In this document: one piece after another, positions 10,146 through 20,507 of the stretch
Layout: every line of letters begins with the position of its first letter
Position numbering within the stretch: position 1 is the first letter of the stretch
Source: a virus
Reading direction: 5' to 3' (one strand)
Length of the DNA stretch: 42,182 bases
IMG/VR virus record: IMGVR_UViG_3300028602_000033
Coordinates: 1-42,182 of that record
Notes under the pieces: model-generated
Told to the model about the DNA's origin: nothing
Seen by the model: the letters and a program-made list of their open reading frames with translations, nothing else
Databases searched by the model: none
Translations under genes and position numbers: made by a program

Positions 10146-11165
10146 TCACTGTGTTTTCGTAGCATAAATTTTCATAATATATCCACTGGATAATGTAATA
10201 TTATGCTCAATTTCGTTAGCAGTATAATATGCCGATTCAGCTTCAAGATAACTAGGAACTTCATCTGCATTTATGTGAAAGACTATACCAGAAACTAAAG
10301 TAGGAATGCCGAATGTATTAACTATGTATCCTGTATCGTTTGGCGTGTATTCTAATAAATCATTATACTTTATAGAAGGTACAGCAATTTTAAAATATTC
10401 GTTTAAAATTCGTCCTCCTAAATCTGAATCTTTATATAATAATATAGTTTGACCATTTATAAATTTCCAATGACATGGATCATCTTTAGACACACTATCG
10501 GTAATCTGTTTGCAAACTTCTTCTAATATAATACCAACACTTTTGCCTCTTGTAAATATAGGTGTAGGCAGCACAGTATCGTTATTAAATCCTGTTACCA
10601 TAGGTACAAAATTAAAATTCAATTCATTTTCAATAAAATCCTTTACATCAGAATAAAAATGAAGTTTAGGATACTTTTCATATATAGACCAGTTATACAA
10701 AATATTTTGATTAACGACTTCACCTTTAGCTGTAATAAGTAAATCGGCACTGGATCTTTTAGCTTTTATATCCTTTATAACACCATGATATGATGTGTAA
10801 TGCTCTGGATCAGATTCCCAATAGAATTTAAAAAGCAAATAATCACCAGAAAATAATACTGTATTGTTTGGTAAATTCCATACCTTAAATACAAAATTAT
10901 CACTGGCATCTTCAGTACTATCAATAATTTTAAGTTCACAATTTAGCTGAGTATTGTCAAATTGTAATTTAATTACGAGATCAGCATCATTACCTAAACG
11001 CATATCATCTCTAAAATATGTTAACAAATCAGTGGATGAACTGTTATATAAGTCAAAATATTTAGTAATCTCTTTAACATTATGGAATTTATCTACCATT
11101 GATGAAAATGTTTGAAGTGAATGGATGATAGTTACTTCTAATTTACAAAAATCAAGATCAACCAT
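10146..11165 (-). CDS. Baseplate hub protein (Mu gp44/P2 gpD-like)
   Basis: 339 aa between the tube-initiator-like gene and the spike; F.VWNL..., G.I..I...R.G.D pattern. Confidence 0.6.
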   Translation of the reverse strand: MVDLDFCKLEVTIIHSLQTFSSMVDKFHNVKEITKYFDLYNSSSTDLLTYFRDDMRLGNDADLVIKLQFDNTQLNCELKIIDSTEDASDNFVFKVWNLPNNTVLFSGDYLLFKFYWESDPEHYTSYHGVIKDIKAKRSSADLLITAKGEVVNQNILYNWSIYEKYPKLHFYSDVKDFIENELNFNFVPMVTGFNNDTVLPTPIFTRGKSVGIILEEVCKQITDSVSKDDPCHWKFINGQTILLYKDSDLGGRILNEYFKIAVPSIKYNDLLEYTPNDTGYIVNTFGIPTLVSGIVFHINADEVPSYLEAESAYYTANEIEHNITLSSGYIMKIYATKTQ

Positions 11166-11174
11166 TGTATCACA

Positions 11175-12608
11175 TCAGACGCTTGAATTTATTTTATTTT
11201 GGTTAAATAATGTTGGGGAGAAAAGATATAATTGTAACATTGCACCTAATGTAACTGTTACTAAGTAAATTTTATAATTTGATGAAAACAAATTATTCCA
11301 TATATCCTGGTAGGATTCATTAGATACGGCTGCGGTAAATCCACTATTTTGTGTAGTCAACTCAAACGTGTCAATTTTAAGTGCACCATCTGGTATTAAT
11401 TGTTTACTAAATGAACCATATGATACGGTATATTCATATCTATCCGAGATCTTATATGTATATACATATCCATTTTTTAATATGACAGACCCTGTAGTTA
11501 ACGCATTATCGTCACTAGAAAATTTATGATTATTATAGCATTTATATAAATACTCTATTAATTCACCATTACCAGCTATATAATCAAATGATTTAGAAAC
11601 TGTAAAATCTGGATATGTGTCTGCAAAATCATATGGGTATGAACAGGTTGGTGATGAATTCTTAATGCGCTGTACATCTCTACTATTTGCACGAGAAATT
11701 AACATGAAGTTATATATATCAGCTACAACATTGTCATCTAAATACAACTTTATAGGAAAATTATCAACAAGATCTACACTCTTTTGTGTGATATTGACAA
11801 CAAAAGTTCCTAAACTTACTGTGTAATCTGGTTCATCTGAACCAGCTCCATATCTAGATTTAAACGAACACTCACAATTATATGCACGAGTACCTGCTGA
11901 CATATCTATTGGGGTACCTAGCTTATAATAATAACTATCTTCATTAAGTGGAACTGCATCCTCAATAGAATTTCTTATATGCCTATTAACAGGCATATCT
12001 TTATATCCAGATATATCACCAAGTCTAGTAAACAATGCACTAATAGCATTATTAGATAACTCAAAATCAGTATCAGTTACTCCTGCTACAAAATTCATAT
12101 TTGTTGTTTTAGCTGCTTCTTCTGCGTTAGTAAATATTTCTTTACCAAATATTTCAATTGAACTTGCAAGCTTCCAAGTTAAGTCAATTAATTTTACCTG
12201 GACACAATTAACAACAGCTACAACTCTATCTCTACGTGCAGCTTCCCTTGAGTAACTTATATTTTCTATCACAAGATCAGCTAAGAATCTAGACTCCTCA
12301 GCTTCCTGTGTAGTTGATAAATTAAATTTAATACGATTCTTTTTTAGATATTCTAACTGATCGATTGATTCACTAACATCTAAAGTTTCTTCACCAAATT
12401 TACCATTTTCTAACCACGCAGTAAATGTAACTTTTAATGCATTTCTAATTACATATTGATTTCTAAATTCACCTGTGATAGTAGGTTTACATGGTATAGC
12501 AGTATTGTCTGGAATAGATAAAGATTGAATAGTTGGTAACACAAGTGTTTTTGCTTTACCATCTAAATTTTTATAATAAATAGTAGAGTAGTTATTACTC
12601 AATGTCAT
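11175..12608 (-). CDS. Tail tube initiator/distal tail-like protein
   Basis: Directly after the tape measure; N-terminal domain with V.F...L...L..L..N...F.L..L.I..IS pattern; start uncertain (12602-12623). Confidence 0.5.
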   Translation of the reverse strand: MTLSNNYSTIYYKNLDGKAKTLVLPTIQSLSIPDNTAIPCKPTITGEFRNQYVIRNALKVTFTAWLENGKFGEETLDVSESIDQLEYLKKNRIKFNLSTTQEAEESRFLADLVIENISYSREAARRDRVVAVVNCVQVKLIDLTWKLASSIEIFGKEIFTNAEEAAKTTNMNFVAGVTDTDFELSNNAISALFTRLGDISGYKDMPVNRHIRNSIEDAVPLNEDSYYYKLGTPIDMSAGTRAYNCECSFKSRYGAGSDEPDYTVSLGTFVVNITQKSVDLVDNFPIKLYLDDNVVADIYNFMLISRANSRDVQRIKNSSPTCSYPYDFADTYPDFTVSKSFDYIAGNGELIEYLYKCYNNHKFSSDDNALTTGSVILKNGYVYTYKISDRYEYTVSYGSFSKQLIPDGALKIDTFELTTQNSGFTAAVSNESYQDIWNNLFSSNYKIYLVTVTLGAMLQLYLFSPTLFNQNKINSSV

Positions 12609-14946
12609 CAACCTCAAACGCACTTATAAAGTCTTCTAATCCAGTGCCTTCACTGCTAATAGTTGCATTATCCATATTAATGTAATAATTTTTATTAACA
12701 GTACTACCTGTACCAATCTGATTAGCCATATCAGTTAATCTAGCATCACGCTTCATGGTTTCAATCTGATTATACATTATAGCTTCGTAAGCTCCAAAAG
12801 CTCCTAATGCAGCAACTCCAGATGCCACTGGTCCTAATACAGCAGCAGCTTTAGCCGCACTGTATGCAAGCCATAGTGCTGTTAAATGTCCAATTACATA
12901 TGCTTCTGAAAACATCTGCTTCTGCATAGCCGATGCTGACATAGTATAACCTATCATTGCACCAGTTATACCCATCATTACAGATCTAAGATTAATCTTA
13001 GACAAAGTTAATGATTTAGTTGCAGTTGCTGCTGCAGTGGAATTTACTGTAGTTGCTTGTAATGTTGTATTATAAGATTTACCAGCAAAAACTATACCAT
13101 ATAATTCCATTGCCAATTCTTTAAGTGCATTACGCCAACCTTTAGTAGCAAGTATAATAAGTCCCTGATGTAACTGTAGCTGTATCAGAGTTCCAGTAAT
13201 GATAGCAATAGCACCGACTGCACCTATAATTGTAAATGTGACGGCTGCAAACACAGTTGCTAGAATTATAGCTGCACCTATAATCTTTTTAATCCATGAT
13301 GGTAACGCTATAAATGCTGTAGTAAGTGCAGTAAAAGCATCAGCTACAAACTTTATACCTGGACCTACAACTTCACCTAGCTGTGCCATCCAGATATCAA
13401 AGTTAACCTTAATTCTTTGAATTGAATCCGCTGTATTATCTGTAATTTTATTATAAAGATCCTGAGTAGATCCGGTAGCATTAACAGCATTAGTAACCTG
13501 ATTCCATAGTTCAGGTTCTGACATAAGCAAGTTGTTTAATGCCTGTTGTGCATTTGCTTTACCACCAAGCAGTCGAGTAATCTCTAATGTTGCAGCTTTC
13601 TGATCATCTTGAGATCTAACGTAATCTCTCATATCAAGAATCAATTGATCTACATTAGCAAAACTTTCATCATTTATCCATGAAAATTGATCTTTCATCT
13701 TAGATTGAATGTCTTCTTTAGATAACTGCAAGAACAACTGACGCATGGCTGCACCAGTATTCGGAGTACCTGTAGATGCTAGTATACCAAGATATGCAGA
13801 CAATTGTTTAACATCAAGTCCTGCTTGGAATGCACTCGACGCTGCATATTCAAACCACTGAACTAAGTCGTCTAATTCTGCAGTTGATGCGTTAGCTGAA
13901 TTAATTAAAGCATCTGTAATAATAGTAACGTCTTCGACGTTCATATGCATTGCCTGCATGGTTCTGATTACACCATTGGCGGCTTCATCATAATCCATCT
14001 GAGCAATAGTAGCAACTTGCATCACAGACGTGAGTGCCTGTTGACTTTTAGCTACATCAACACCTGATGCTGCGAAACGTTCAGCTGCAGATGCGGCGTC
14101 TAATATACCATATGTCTGCCCAACCGAAGAAGAATAAAAGTCTGATTTATTAAGCCATTCACCATACTCTTCTGATTTTACCATATAGTCGGTATATAGC
14201 TTATCAAATTCAGCATAAGTGGAAATCATTTTAGACGTTAGTTTTTCTAACGCATATAAAATAGGGGCTAAATATATTTGAACTATATGAAGTCCGAATC
14301 CGGTTTGAATTAACGATCTAGATTTTTTAGCTAAATCTTCTAAATTACCATCCTCATTTTCATATATATTATTAGTATAATTTATTCTATTCTTATACAA
14401 ATCTTCATAAATCTTAGCAGATCTGTTTACAACGTCGAGTTGTCTATTCTTCATGTCAAGAACTTTCGACTCGGTTGCCAACATTAAATTCTGCGGAGTA
14501 CTTGATATCCTTTTTATATTGTTACTATCTAAACGTTTAGTACCAATATCATCTAGATTACTACCCACCCATTTCGGATTAAAATTAGCAAACTGTCTAT
14601 AAATATAATCAGATTGTATAGCAGTAGATCGTGTAACCTGTAACTGATTACGTTTGATTTCAAGTATACTTGCTTCATTGGCGAGTGCCTTTGTAGATGA
14701 AACGATTAAACTTTTACCAATATCATTATTAATTTTTTGAGTTTCAGTTGCCGCATTTTTAAGATCATTTGCGATATTATTAACATTAAAATTAGGAGTG
14801 GATTCAGATCCACTAAAATTAACAGTCATATTACTTAATTTCTGCTGTAATTTAGTGGCATCTGTAAGTAACGATTGCAGTTGCTTTTTAACAGTAGCAT
14901 ATCCATTGAGCTTTATAGACAAATTCAAACTACGACTTATAGACAT
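12595..14946 (-). CDS. Tail tape measure protein
   Basis: 783 aa, Ala/Leu-rich helical; TP901-type core (AERFAASG...VMQVATIAQMDYDEAA...DALINSANASTAELDDL); hydrophobic C-terminal segments. Confidence 0.9.
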   Translation of the reverse strand: MSISRSLNLSIKLNGYATVKKQLQSLLTDATKLQQKLSNMTVNFSGSESTPNFNVNNIANDLKNAATETQKINNDIGKSLIVSSTKALANEASILEIKRNQLQVTRSTAIQSDYIYRQFANFNPKWVGSNLDDIGTKRLDSNNIKRISSTPQNLMLATESKVLDMKNRQLDVVNRSAKIYEDLYKNRINYTNNIYENEDGNLEDLAKKSRSLIQTGFGLHIVQIYLAPILYALEKLTSKMISTYAEFDKLYTDYMVKSEEYGEWLNKSDFYSSSVGQTYGILDAASAAERFAASGVDVAKSQQALTSVMQVATIAQMDYDEAANGVIRTMQAMHMNVEDVTIITDALINSANASTAELDDLVQWFEYAASSAFQAGLDVKQLSAYLGILASTGTPNTGAAMRQLFLQLSKEDIQSKMKDQFSWINDESFANVDQLILDMRDYVRSQDDQKAATLEITRLLGGKANAQQALNNLLMSEPELWNQVTNAVNATGSTQDLYNKITDNTADSIQRIKVNFDIWMAQLGEVVGPGIKFVADAFTALTTAFIALPSWIKKIIGAAIILATVFAAVTFTIIGAVGAIAIITGTLIQLQLHQGLIILATKGWRNALKELAMELYGIVFAGKSYNTTLQATTVNSTAAATATKSLTLSKINLRSVMMGITGAMIGYTMSASAMQKQMFSEAYVIGHLTALWLAYSAAKAAAVLGPVASGVAALGAFGAYEAIMYNQIETMKRDARLTDMANQIGTGSTVNKNYYINMDNATISSEGTGLEDFISAFEVDDIE

Positions 14947-15213
14947 TTAGTACCCTCGCATACGTTCTTTCATAAGGCTTAACTTTTCTTTAATAACATC
15001 AGGTTCATCGTTATCGGTAATTTTTAACGAACTAGTTGTAGTTTGACTATTTTTTGTCATAGCGTCAATCATATCACTCTGTTTCTTTGCAATCAAGTAA
15101 TGACAATGAATTTGAACTTGTGTAAGATCACAAAGGTTTGAAGATAATCTATATCCTGTAGTTTCATGTGCTATTAAGAACGCTACTTGGGTTCCTTCAG
15201 GGCTGTTCAGGAA
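14947..15213 (-). CDS. +1-frame extension of the tail assembly chaperone (gpGT-like), not in the ORF track
   Basis: 88-codon open frame (FLNSPEGTQVAFLIAHETTGYRLSS...KERMRGY*) from TTC at 15213 to a TAA abutting the TMP ATG; reachable by a +1 slip at TTT-C. Confidence 0.7.
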   Translation of the reverse strand, partial: FLNSPEGTQVAFLIAHETTGYRLSSNLCDLTQVQIHCHYLIAKKQSDMIDAMTKNSQTTTSSLKITDNDEPDVIKEKLSLMKERMRGY

Positions 15214-15676
15214 AGGATTCTACTTCTTCAAGAGTCTCCTTATCTTGACCTGAAATTTTCATAATTTCATCAGCAAATTCACGAATACCATCTAATTTTT
15301 TAAGATCATTTTCATTAAAATCGTCTGTGAAATCAATCATAGCTAGATAGCACACATGAATCGCATGATTTATCATCGCTTTATACAATTCAGCTAAATT
15401 CACTTCTGGAGGAAACTGTGATGCATTCTCTTCCTGATCAAGTACTTCATTAGCTTTATCTAGTTCATTTTTCTCAGCCAACGAAAAAAGGTACTCACGT
15501 GTTGGTATGTCATTGATAGAACCAATCATTATAGCCTGAGCTTCCTCTGCCTCTAATTGTGAAATTGGACGATATAGTACTTCTCCTACAGGAAGTTGAT
15601 ATTTTCTTACATCGTTAATGCCTTTTGCGATTAAAGAGTGTATATTAAAATAATTTTTTCTAGTTGATTTAGCCAT
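15197..15676 (-). CDS. Tail assembly chaperone (gpG-like)
   Basis: Between tube and TMP genes; acidic; ATG 15676 after an AAGTGA SD. Confidence 0.75.
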   Translation of the reverse strand: MAKSTRKNYFNIHSLIAKGINDVRKYQLPVGEVLYRPISQLEAEEAQAIMIGSINDIPTREYLFSLAEKNELDKANEVLDQEENASQFPPEVNLAELYKAMINHAIHVCYLAMIDFTDDFNENDLKKLDGIREFADEIMKISGQDKETLEEVESFPEQP

Positions 15677-15701
15677 GTTTATCACTTAATAAATAAAAAT
15701 A

Positions 15702-15720
15702 TAAGTGGAAAATCCACTTA
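15702..15720 (-). terminator. Hairpin terminator after the tail tube gene
   Basis: Minus strand TAAGTGGA-ttt-TCCACTTA followed by TATTTTTATTT. Confidence 0.6.
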
Positions 15721-16200
15721 AGTTAAACTACCAGATCCACCACCAGTGTGGTTTGTGGTCAAAACAGTTCCATCATTTGACACGGAAACGTCGAGAGCTA
15801 CTGCCTGGTATTTAAGGGTAGGTACTCCGCCAGTGTTATCAACTGTCTGTGATACGTTAGTAATCATACAATTAGTTATTTCAACTGAGTCAAGATACCA
15901 ATCGTCACTTAATCCAGTTACAACACCCATTCCTACAGAGAATCTGGTTCTTTTCCTAAATGAACTATAGATCTGTCTAAATACTTTCATATTGACAGCT
16001 TTCACTTCAAAACTAAACGAATACCTTGGGTTTCCAAAAGAGTAACCAAGATTATGTGCATCAATAGAGTCCATAATATCTACAGTATCTTCTTCATTAA
16101 GTTCCATATTATTAATAGGATGCACTATAGATGAAGCTCCACCGGCTGGTTTGTACGAAACACAGAGTCTGCTATTCCAATTCATATCTTCTGCAGTCAT
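15718..16200 (-). CDS. Tail tube protein
   Basis: 160 aa immediately after the sheath gene; beta-rich. Confidence 0.75.
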   Translation of the reverse strand: MTAEDMNWNSRLCVSYKPAGGASSIVHPINNMELNEEDTVDIMDSIDAHNLGYSFGNPRYSFSFEVKAVNMKVFRQIYSSFRKRTRFSVGMGVVTGLSDDWYLDSVEITNCMITNVSQTVDNTGGVPTLKYQAVALDVSVSNDGTVLTTNHTGGGSGSLT

Positions 16201-16210
16201 TTAAATCACC

Positions 16211-17290
16211 TTAAGCTACAATGTTAACATCAAGATTAATTGTGTGCAGTACACCAGCATAGCTAATCTGTACAGTACCACTAATAGCTCTGCTTGTTCT
16301 AGCCGTAGTTATTAGAAGAGCTTCAGCAGTTGATCTAGATGATTCATCTTTAGACAGCGCATTCAGCACTGGTAAAGTTATATTATAATCTTCAATTTCA
16401 CCAACATTAACACATGTCTGTAAAATACCAGATAGCCTATTAATAAGAGTGGCAAGACCAGTTTTATTAATTCTAACTTCTCCGATAATATTTGGATCTG
16501 TTAAACCGGCTTTAAGCTTATACGCGATGTCATCAATTACTCTTCGAGTGTCTATAAAAGAAACACCACTGGTAGGAGATCCCATAACAAAGTCAGAACC
16601 AAGTACATAACCTTCTCCTGTAATGTAAATTGGATCAACCAGTACATTTATCTGAGCAGTTTCAAGTGCAGCGATCTGAGCATTTGTAAACCCTATAGTC
16701 TGCACAACACCGGTTATTCCTTTAAGCAGAGGACTTTCCCAAGGTTTAAGTTTAGAAATCAGTCCAGCCACAGCACATGCAACTTCTGATGTACTGTTAT
16801 GTGCAATACCAAACATTCTAGACTTATTTGCTGTTAACATACCAGTAATTGCAGTTGGAACTGTAGTAATATCTTCTTCTGCACCAAGTTGAAACACACC
16901 TACACGTTCTGTCGCAGCAGCGTAAACGTGATCACATAACGCATCTGAAATATATGCATCATCTGCAGTTTCAACAATTCCTGCCAGAGCAACTACCTGA
17001 ATATCATACCCTTCAAGAGACTCTAACGCAGATGTTACACCCTGAAGTGTTGGTGTACCGCAATCAACAGCCCATACTTTGGATGCGCCGTTAAGCAGGG
17101 CTGCTCTAACACCATTACCTAGTGCAGTAGTACTAAACGTTGCTGTCGCTTCACTATACGACCCAATTTTCACCGGAGTTGTATTAGAAGTTCCACCATT
17201 GCCAACAACTGCTACAGTGCCATAATCTCTGGTACTAGTAGTATATAGACCAGTAGTTGACACATTAATATTAACAAATTCGACTCCCAT
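16211..17290 (-). CDS. Tail sheath protein (compact, 359 aa)
   Basis: C-terminal sheath-domain motifs (Q...LE.AQINVL, FI.TRRVID.I...LK..L....IG). Confidence 0.85.
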   Translation of the reverse strand: MGVEFVNINVSTTGLYTTSTRDYGTVAVVGNGGTSNTTPVKIGSYSEATATFSTTALGNGVRAALLNGASKVWAVDCGTPTLQGVTSALESLEGYDIQVVALAGIVETADDAYISDALCDHVYAAATERVGVFQLGAEEDITTVPTAITGMLTANKSRMFGIAHNSTSEVACAVAGLISKLKPWESPLLKGITGVVQTIGFTNAQIAALETAQINVLVDPIYITGEGYVLGSDFVMGSPTSGVSFIDTRRVIDDIAYKLKAGLTDPNIIGEVRINKTGLATLINRLSGILQTCVNVGEIEDYNITLPVLNALSKDESSRSTAEALLITTARTSRAISGTVQISYAGVLHTINLDVNIVA

Positions 17291-17314
17291 TGTATCATTC
17301 CATAAATATTATAT

Positions 17315-18079
17315 TTATTTACTAATAGTACCGACATTGATTTCATTTACGTATAGATCTAGATCAATCTGTGTAGCTGTAACAGCATCTTCACTTAAGA
17401 TAGAAGTAGTCCATGTAAATGGATATGTAATAACAATATCAAAAGAAAACGCACTTAACGCATCATTAGCATAAATGTCAGAAATATCCACAACACCTTT
17501 AGATTTGACGACATTAATTTTATATGTGGATAATAAATCAAATACGCGTCCACGAACATCTTTCATTAAATAATCTAATAGTTGATGACTGATGTATAAT
17601 CCTGAATTAATCCAATTATATGTAACTGTAAAGTTAGCATTGGCAGATGGTTTATTACCAATCCATTCTATTTCATCTCTATCATTGTTTAACTTATAAT
17701 CAACATCTTTAACAAATGTTGGTATACTAACTATATCTTTGACTGGCACTCCTGCCAGTACATAACTGTTGACACCATTTAAATATTTTATAGATTGGGA
17801 TGCGGAAATCACTTTATCTGTAGCAGCAACAGTGTATCTTAATGTACATGTATACGTATTTTGATATATATTTAGAGTATTATTAAATATGTGTCCGTCA
17901 TCGAAAGACCTATAGAATGGAGTACCTTCACCTATAACTTTTAAATTCACTGTAGGTAAAGTTAAACTGTTTAATGGTGTAGACCCAAATGTTCTTAAAA
18001 TAGTAAAGCTGTGCCCATCTATAGCTAGTGTGGACGGAATTTCTCTTAATAGCAGTTTTTTAACATCTAAATTTAACAT
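17315..18079 (-). CDS. Tail terminator/completion protein
   Basis: Position between neck genes and sheath; TAATG coupling with the upstream gene at 18079. Confidence 0.55.
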   Translation of the reverse strand: MLNLDVKKLLLREIPSTLAIDGHSFTILRTFGSTPLNSLTLPTVNLKVIGEGTPFYRSFDDGHIFNNTLNIYQNTYTCTLRYTVAATDKVISASQSIKYLNGVNSYVLAGVPVKDIVSIPTFVKDVDYKLNNDRDEIEWIGNKPSANANFTVTYNWINSGLYISHQLLDYLMKDVRGRVFDLLSTYKINVVKSKGVVDISDIYANDALSAFSFDIVITYPFTWTTSILSEDAVTATQIDLDLYVNEINVGTISK

Positions 18080-18666
18080 TATGTGTCCCACCTAAATTCA
18101 AAATCTGAACCTGATATAACTATTCTACCTGTACGAGATTCAATTGGTACAACTGTACTGGCAGTTATTGTGGTACTCTGTATTTTATCCCACGCATCTT
18201 TTATGATAACATCTATGGTAGAATCCATTGTTAGTTCGCTAGTTGCAAACAAAGCTCTGGAGGGTATTAATTCATCGTCACCGTACTCATTAACTTTAGC
18301 AACATATGCTGGAGTTACACTACCGGAGTGTCCTATTTTAGTAGACTCATCGAATACGCCCACTTCAAGTGTATCATAGGTTTTATGCTGAGTAAGTCTA
18401 AATTCAATATAAGTAATCCATTCACCAGTTTCTAATAGAGGGTAATCAGGACCAAGGATACTTTCTTGTCTGGATGTTCTACGTTTGATTGTCTTTTCGC
18501 TCAACGGAGGAGAAATATTACGAGTTAATAGCATATCTATTATTTCATTAGCCCATGCTTCAGTGACATCGATGGTTGCCTGATGTAAAAAAGTTTGACC
18601 TATATTATTAATAAGATCTTCAGTTTCCTTTATCAGGGAATTAAACACATCATCAATTTCAGACAT
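18079..18666 (-). CDS. Neck/tail completion protein (virion morphogenesis family)
   Basis: PPLS..TI.R....PL.ETG and A.VNEYG....IPSR.LF motifs. Confidence 0.7.
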   Translation of the reverse strand: MSEIDDVFNSLIKETEDLINNIGQTFLHQATIDVTEAWANEIIDMLLTRNISPPLSEKTIKRRTSRQESILGPDYPLLETGEWITYIEFRLTQHKTYDTLEVGVFDESTKIGHSGSVTPAYVAKVNEYGDDELIPSRALFATSELTMDSTIDVIIKDAWDKIQSTTITASTVVPIESRTGRIVISGSDFEFRWDT

Positions 18667-19035
18667 TTAGCCATCCGGTAGAATTTTACGAGTTAATATA
18701 TATTTAACATAGTTACCATGTTCTCGCCAATCAATAAGCTTACCGCCATCAGCTAAAGTAACCCATTCAGCACCATTTGAATCTACAATAATATCATTTT
18801 CAGTTAACAAATCTTCGGAACCAGAAGTATAGAACGACTGCTTACCGATGGGTGAGTGCCCAAGTGCTATTAACTCTTCTCTATCTTCTGTGGTTATTGG
18901 TATCATTAAACCATTTACAGTAGATGATGTGGATGTATCATCATAGGTTATACCAGAGTATGTGAATTTATTTACTGTAGTTTTAGTAAATTGTGATGAA
19001 TATGATGCTATTACTGCACCTAAATCAGCTATCAT
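18667..19035 (-). CDS. Head closure/stopper protein
   Basis: 122 aa, beta-rich; position after the adaptor. Confidence 0.6.
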   Translation of the reverse strand: MIADLGAVIASYSSQFTKTTVNKFTYSGITYDDTSTSSTVNGLMIPITTEDREELIALGHSPIGKQSFYTSGSEDLLTENDIIVDSNGAEWVTLADGGKLIDWREHGNYVKYILTRKILPDG

Positions 19036-19898
19036 CAGTTCACCCTGATAAATCCAGTTTTAAAGTTAGTCATTAAAAACTTATACTTGGCTGACATTTT
19101 ATTTGCTAAATCAACTATAGCTGTCACACTTGTCCCTGCTGTCGAAGATGAGCCGTTCTCAACACTGATATCACCTATCTTAACCTTTGCAAAAGGACTG
19201 CTTGCTGCTGTAGTTATTGATGCATTAGCAAGATTTTCAAAGTATACTGATGCTATTTTATATGCCACTAATTTAATAAGATACTCTGGTTTAAGTTCTC
19301 TGGTTGTGTGATAGAAGCATAATTTTAATATTTCAGTTCGTTCTAAAGGAGCAACTTTAAGATAAAATTCGTTAATGTCGATTTCTAAAATTTCAACTGG
19401 AACCTTCTCTGTATATGGATATATAGGAGTAGCTTGTTTAAATGCTTGAAAATCTAAAACAGAAACAGCTCCACCATAGTTAGAATCAAAGTACCAGCGT
19501 TTTGGTATTTCGTAATATCCTCTTTCTTGCAATTCATATATTTGGACTCCGTAATTATATTTCACTACATCCATTTGAATTGCTAATTTAGCCTGATCTA
19601 GCAGGTAAGAAACATCAACATCAGGCAATGCAGTTGCACTTACTTTACATTCTACACGTATTGCGCTAATTACTTTCTGTGCGAACGATTGGACGGGTAT
19701 CAATTCAGATTCGATCGTTCCATCATACCACGCGACTTTGTAGTATTTTGAATAATCCCCATCCGAATCTTCATACTCTAATAGTATAGGGTCAATAGTA
19801 TCTATTAGTGTATAAACACCGGTTGAACTATCAGCTCTATATATTCTAGCATAAGAGTACCCGCCATCATTTGTCGGTAACAATATGATAGCAGACAT
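19035..19898 (-). CDS. Head-tail adaptor protein
   Basis: First large gene after the MCP; C-terminal KVKIGDISVE motif typical of adaptors. Confidence 0.65.
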   Translation of the reverse strand: MSAIILLPTNDGGYSYARIYRADSSTGVYTLIDTIDPILLEYEDSDGDYSKYYKVAWYDGTIESELIPVQSFAQKVISAIRVECKVSATALPDVDVSYLLDQAKLAIQMDVVKYNYGVQIYELQERGYYEIPKRWYFDSNYGGAVSVLDFQAFKQATPIYPYTEKVPVEILEIDINEFYLKVAPLERTEILKLCFYHTTRELKPEYLIKLVAYKIASVYFENLANASITTAASSPFAKVKIGDISVENGSSSTAGTSVTAIVDLANKMSAKYKFLMTNFKTGFIRVN

Positions 19899-19908
19899 CT
19901 AATCTACC

Positions 19909-20169
19909 TTATTTAAAAGTTTTAAGCCCTACAATAAAGGTTTTAATTGCACGAATAGTGTCAGCATCATCGACAGTAACGTCGTCAACGACAGACTCTA
20001 TATTAGCTAAAGTCGCTTTATAGTCTGCAATACCTTCGTTTATAGAACACGCGATATCAGTTGACTGATACCCATCTTTTTTTACATTAATGTTAAATCT
20101 ACGAATAATAAATCCAGCAATAGTGCCTATTATCAATAGAACAAATACAAGATCAAAATAAGTAACCAA
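19909..20169 (-). CDS. Small membrane protein (N-terminal TM helix)
   Basis: TTG start; LVFVLLIIGTIAGFII hydrophobic stretch. Confidence 0.6.
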   Translation of the reverse strand: MVTYFDLVFVLLIIGTIAGFIIRRFNINVKKDGYQSTDIACSINEGIADYKATLANIESVVDDVTVDDADTIRAIKTFIVGLKTFK

Positions 20170-20203
20170 AAAATTAATTATGACAGAAATAATAACACCT
20201 CAA

Positions 20204-20446
20204 TTATTGTATATAATACATTAAAGTTCCAAGTGCCGTTATAAGTGCGCCAAGAAAAATCAATGCTCCCCTATACATGTTTAATGTGCTATTGATTTTT
20301 TCAATAGCTATGTTTAAAGCATCAATCTCCTTTTGATACCTTTCATTAGAAAACTTAATTTCATCTCTCAAATTCGTCAACCGCTCATTTAACAAGATTA
20401 ACAACTCTCGATCAGTAAGCGACGAATTAACCTCATCCACAACCAC
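20204..20446 (-). CDS. Small coiled-coil protein with C-terminal TM helix (holin-like)
   Basis: Heptad-rich N-terminus then GALIFLGALITALGTLMYYI. Confidence 0.6.
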   Translation of the reverse strand: MVVDEVNSSLTDRELLILLNERLTNLRDEIKFSNERYQKEIDALNIAIEKINSTLNMYRGALIFLGALITALGTLMYYIQ

Positions 20447-20461
20447 TATAACACCCAGAAA

Positions 20462-20489
20462 AGAATAATGGGGGGTTAGCCATTATTCT
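20462..20489 (-). terminator. Hairpin terminator after the major capsid gene
   Basis: AGAATAATGG / CCATTATTCT 10-bp inverted repeat followed by a T-run on the minus strand. Confidence 0.7.
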
Positions 20490-20507
20490 GCAAACGACAA
20501 CACCAAT

